From: Candidatus Eiseniibacteriota bacterium
GTDB taxonomy: Bacteria; Eisenbacteria; RBG-16-71-46; DASYSL01
Direction: 5' to 3'
Length of the DNA: 47,537 nucleotides
Assembly (NCBI GenBank): GCA_046598045.1
Contig: JBKJJJ010000077.1
Span: forward strand, 1-47,537
Position numbers and translations under genes: made by a program. Within the stretch, counting starts at the first letter, position 1. Every line of letters starts with the position of its first letter. Below, piece by piece: positions 46,179 to 47,537 of this stretch. The notes beneath the pieces were generated by a model. The model saw only the letters and a program-made list of their open reading frames with translations. It searched no databases and had not been told where the DNA came from.

Positions 46179-47513
46179 TCAGCGCCAGGCCATGCTCAGG
46201 ATGACGCTCTCGCCGGGTCCGAGGTCGAACGACACCGAGCGCGCAGCCGGGTCGGTCGTGCGCATCAAGGGCCAATTCCAATCGCGGGGGCCGAGGATCC
46301 AGCGCGGGCCGATCCAGGGCTGAAGCTCGAGCGTGATGCTTCGCCTACTGCGGCGGTCGCGATTGATCACGAGCCAGCAGGGAACGCCTCGGTTCGCCGC
46401 AATCGTGATCGGGCCCCCACGCGCCGAGCGCAGGCCGGGAATGCGCTCATTGCCGAGTGTCGCCCCACGCGGCCACGCGCCGCCGAGATGGGCCACGGCA
46501 TTCGGGCCCCCCTGGAAGTGGAAGAAACCGTCGATTCCGCGCGCGGTCGCATTGACCATGCGCAGAGTGTCCGCGCGGGCGCTTGCCGAGCCGTCGTACT
46601 CGACCGCGCCGCCCTTCCACCACATTCCCTGTTCGTGTGGATTCGGCGTCCAGTACGTGAACCAGATGATTCCGCAGGCGCCATAGGCGATCGCCTCCGC
46701 CGCGAGGTACTTCAATTGCGCGAGGGGCAAGGGATCAAGCGGACCAAAGCCCGTGAACTGGAGCACAGTTGCGAACCGGCACCCGGTCTCGCGCGACACG
46801 CGCGCCGCGTTCTGTAGCGTGAGCAGAAACGCCGCGTCCTCGCCCCAGGGCCGCTGGGAGTAGGTTGCGAAGGAGAACAGCCGAAGCCGTCCCCGCCGAA
46901 TCAATCGCTTCGCGTTCTCGCGCCAGCGCTCCTGGTCGTCGATGCTCGCGTGATCGGCGAGAGGCAACAGGTTGACGTAGACCTCTCCCCCGGGCCGCGA
47001 CTCGGCAATCGCCGCCGCAACCTCTGCGACGCGATCGAAGTCTGCGGGGCTGGGTTCATCGGCGAGAAAATAACCCGCGAGTGAACGATGCGGTCGATAC
47101 GCAGCGACCACCGCACGCACCCGGTCGCGCCACCCGGGACGCGTGGCCTCATCGGGGTGGACCGCGTCGTCGCGCGGGTAGAAACGGGGTGCAGTGCTGT
47201 CCCCGCCGGCGGCCCGCATGGAATCGAGCAATGCGAGCGTCGCCAGGTTGCGGGCACGATCGTTGGTGTCCTCGAGCGGGCGGACGGCGAGATCCAGGCC
47301 GGTTCGCGCGAAGCGGCGCCAGACCTCGGGATCGGTCGTCGAGGTCGGCGGGCTGACCCACGCCCCGATGAAGAACGGAACGTAGAAGTGATCAATTGGC
47401 CCGTGCAGAGTGAGCGTCCGCTCCCGCGGCGGCGGCGCATCCTTCACCGCGAGCGCGAGCCCGAGCACGCCCACGAGCGCGAGCGCGCCCGCGACCCTAC
47501 TCCCGCTTCCCAA
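46179..47513 (-). CDS. Hypothetical exported protein with a glycoside-hydrolase-like TIM barrel
   Basis: N-terminal hydrophobic helix; LAGYFLADEP and AIAYGACGIIWFTYW motifs. The frame stays open to the window end, so the start is uncertain. Confidence 0.6.
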   Translation of the reverse strand: MGSGSRVAGALALVGVLGLALAVKDAPPPRERTLTLHGPIDHFYVPFFIGAWVSPPTSTTDPEVWRRFARTGLDLAVRPLEDTNDRARNLATLALLDSMRAAGGDSTAPRFYPRDDAVHPDEATRPGWRDRVRAVVAAYRPHRSLAGYFLADEPSPADFDRVAEVAAAIAESRPGGEVYVNLLPLADHASIDDQERWRENAKRLIRRGRLRLFSFATYSQRPWGEDAAFLLTLQNAARVSRETGCRFATVLQFTGFGPLDPLPLAQLKYLAAEAIAYGACGIIWFTYWTPNPHEQGMWWKGGAVEYDGSASARADTLRMVNATARGIDGFFHFQGGPNAVAHLGGAWPRGATLGNERIPGLRSARGGPITIAANRGVPCWLVINRDRRSRRSITLELQPWIGPRWILGPRDWNWPLMRTTDPAARSVSFDLGPGESVILSMAWR

Positions 47514-47537
47514 GATCCGTCCCCGTGTCCTCGACGT

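Overview
A 47.5 kb, very GC-rich, densely coding bacterial chromosome segment. C-terminal tags on its secreted proteins (…SWGLLKVLYRR; LYDxxGR…GVY… FlgD/T9SS-like tails) suggest an FCB-superphylum lineage such as Ca. Eisenbacteria; this is inference only. Most of the window is housekeeping or envelope content: an FAD/BBE oxidase; a leucine-degradation (liu-like) carboxylase cluster interrupted by a Phd-RelE-like toxin-antitoxin pair with an unusual palindromic repeat array; FIST, NHL, FG-GAP and TPR proteins; preT-preA-PAP2; a PBP7-like peptidase; an MshEN-AAA ATPase; DUF885; SIMPL; bshB1; a YIP1-DUF2752-crcB-pafB-pafC operon; pabB/pabC; an amidohydrolase lacking its metal ligands; a MalK-like ATPase; a REC-RsbW hybrid; and an apparently split DUF5686-like pair. 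The best candidate for an undescribed system is 17.5-24.0 kb. It holds a 1683-aa Ser/Thr kinase-STAND-TPR-GAF-sigma54 activator, followed by repeated TGCGCA boxes (one pair is also found at the activator's own promoter), tandem sigma54-type promoters, a 60-aa secreted propeptide, a stand-alone degenerate sigma54-activator AAA domain and a structured repeat-bearing putative sRNA. Together these look like a peptide-signalling circuit with feedback. No rRNA, tRNA, CRISPR array, transposase or integrase was recognised. All family calls come from motif recognition by eye, with no database searches.
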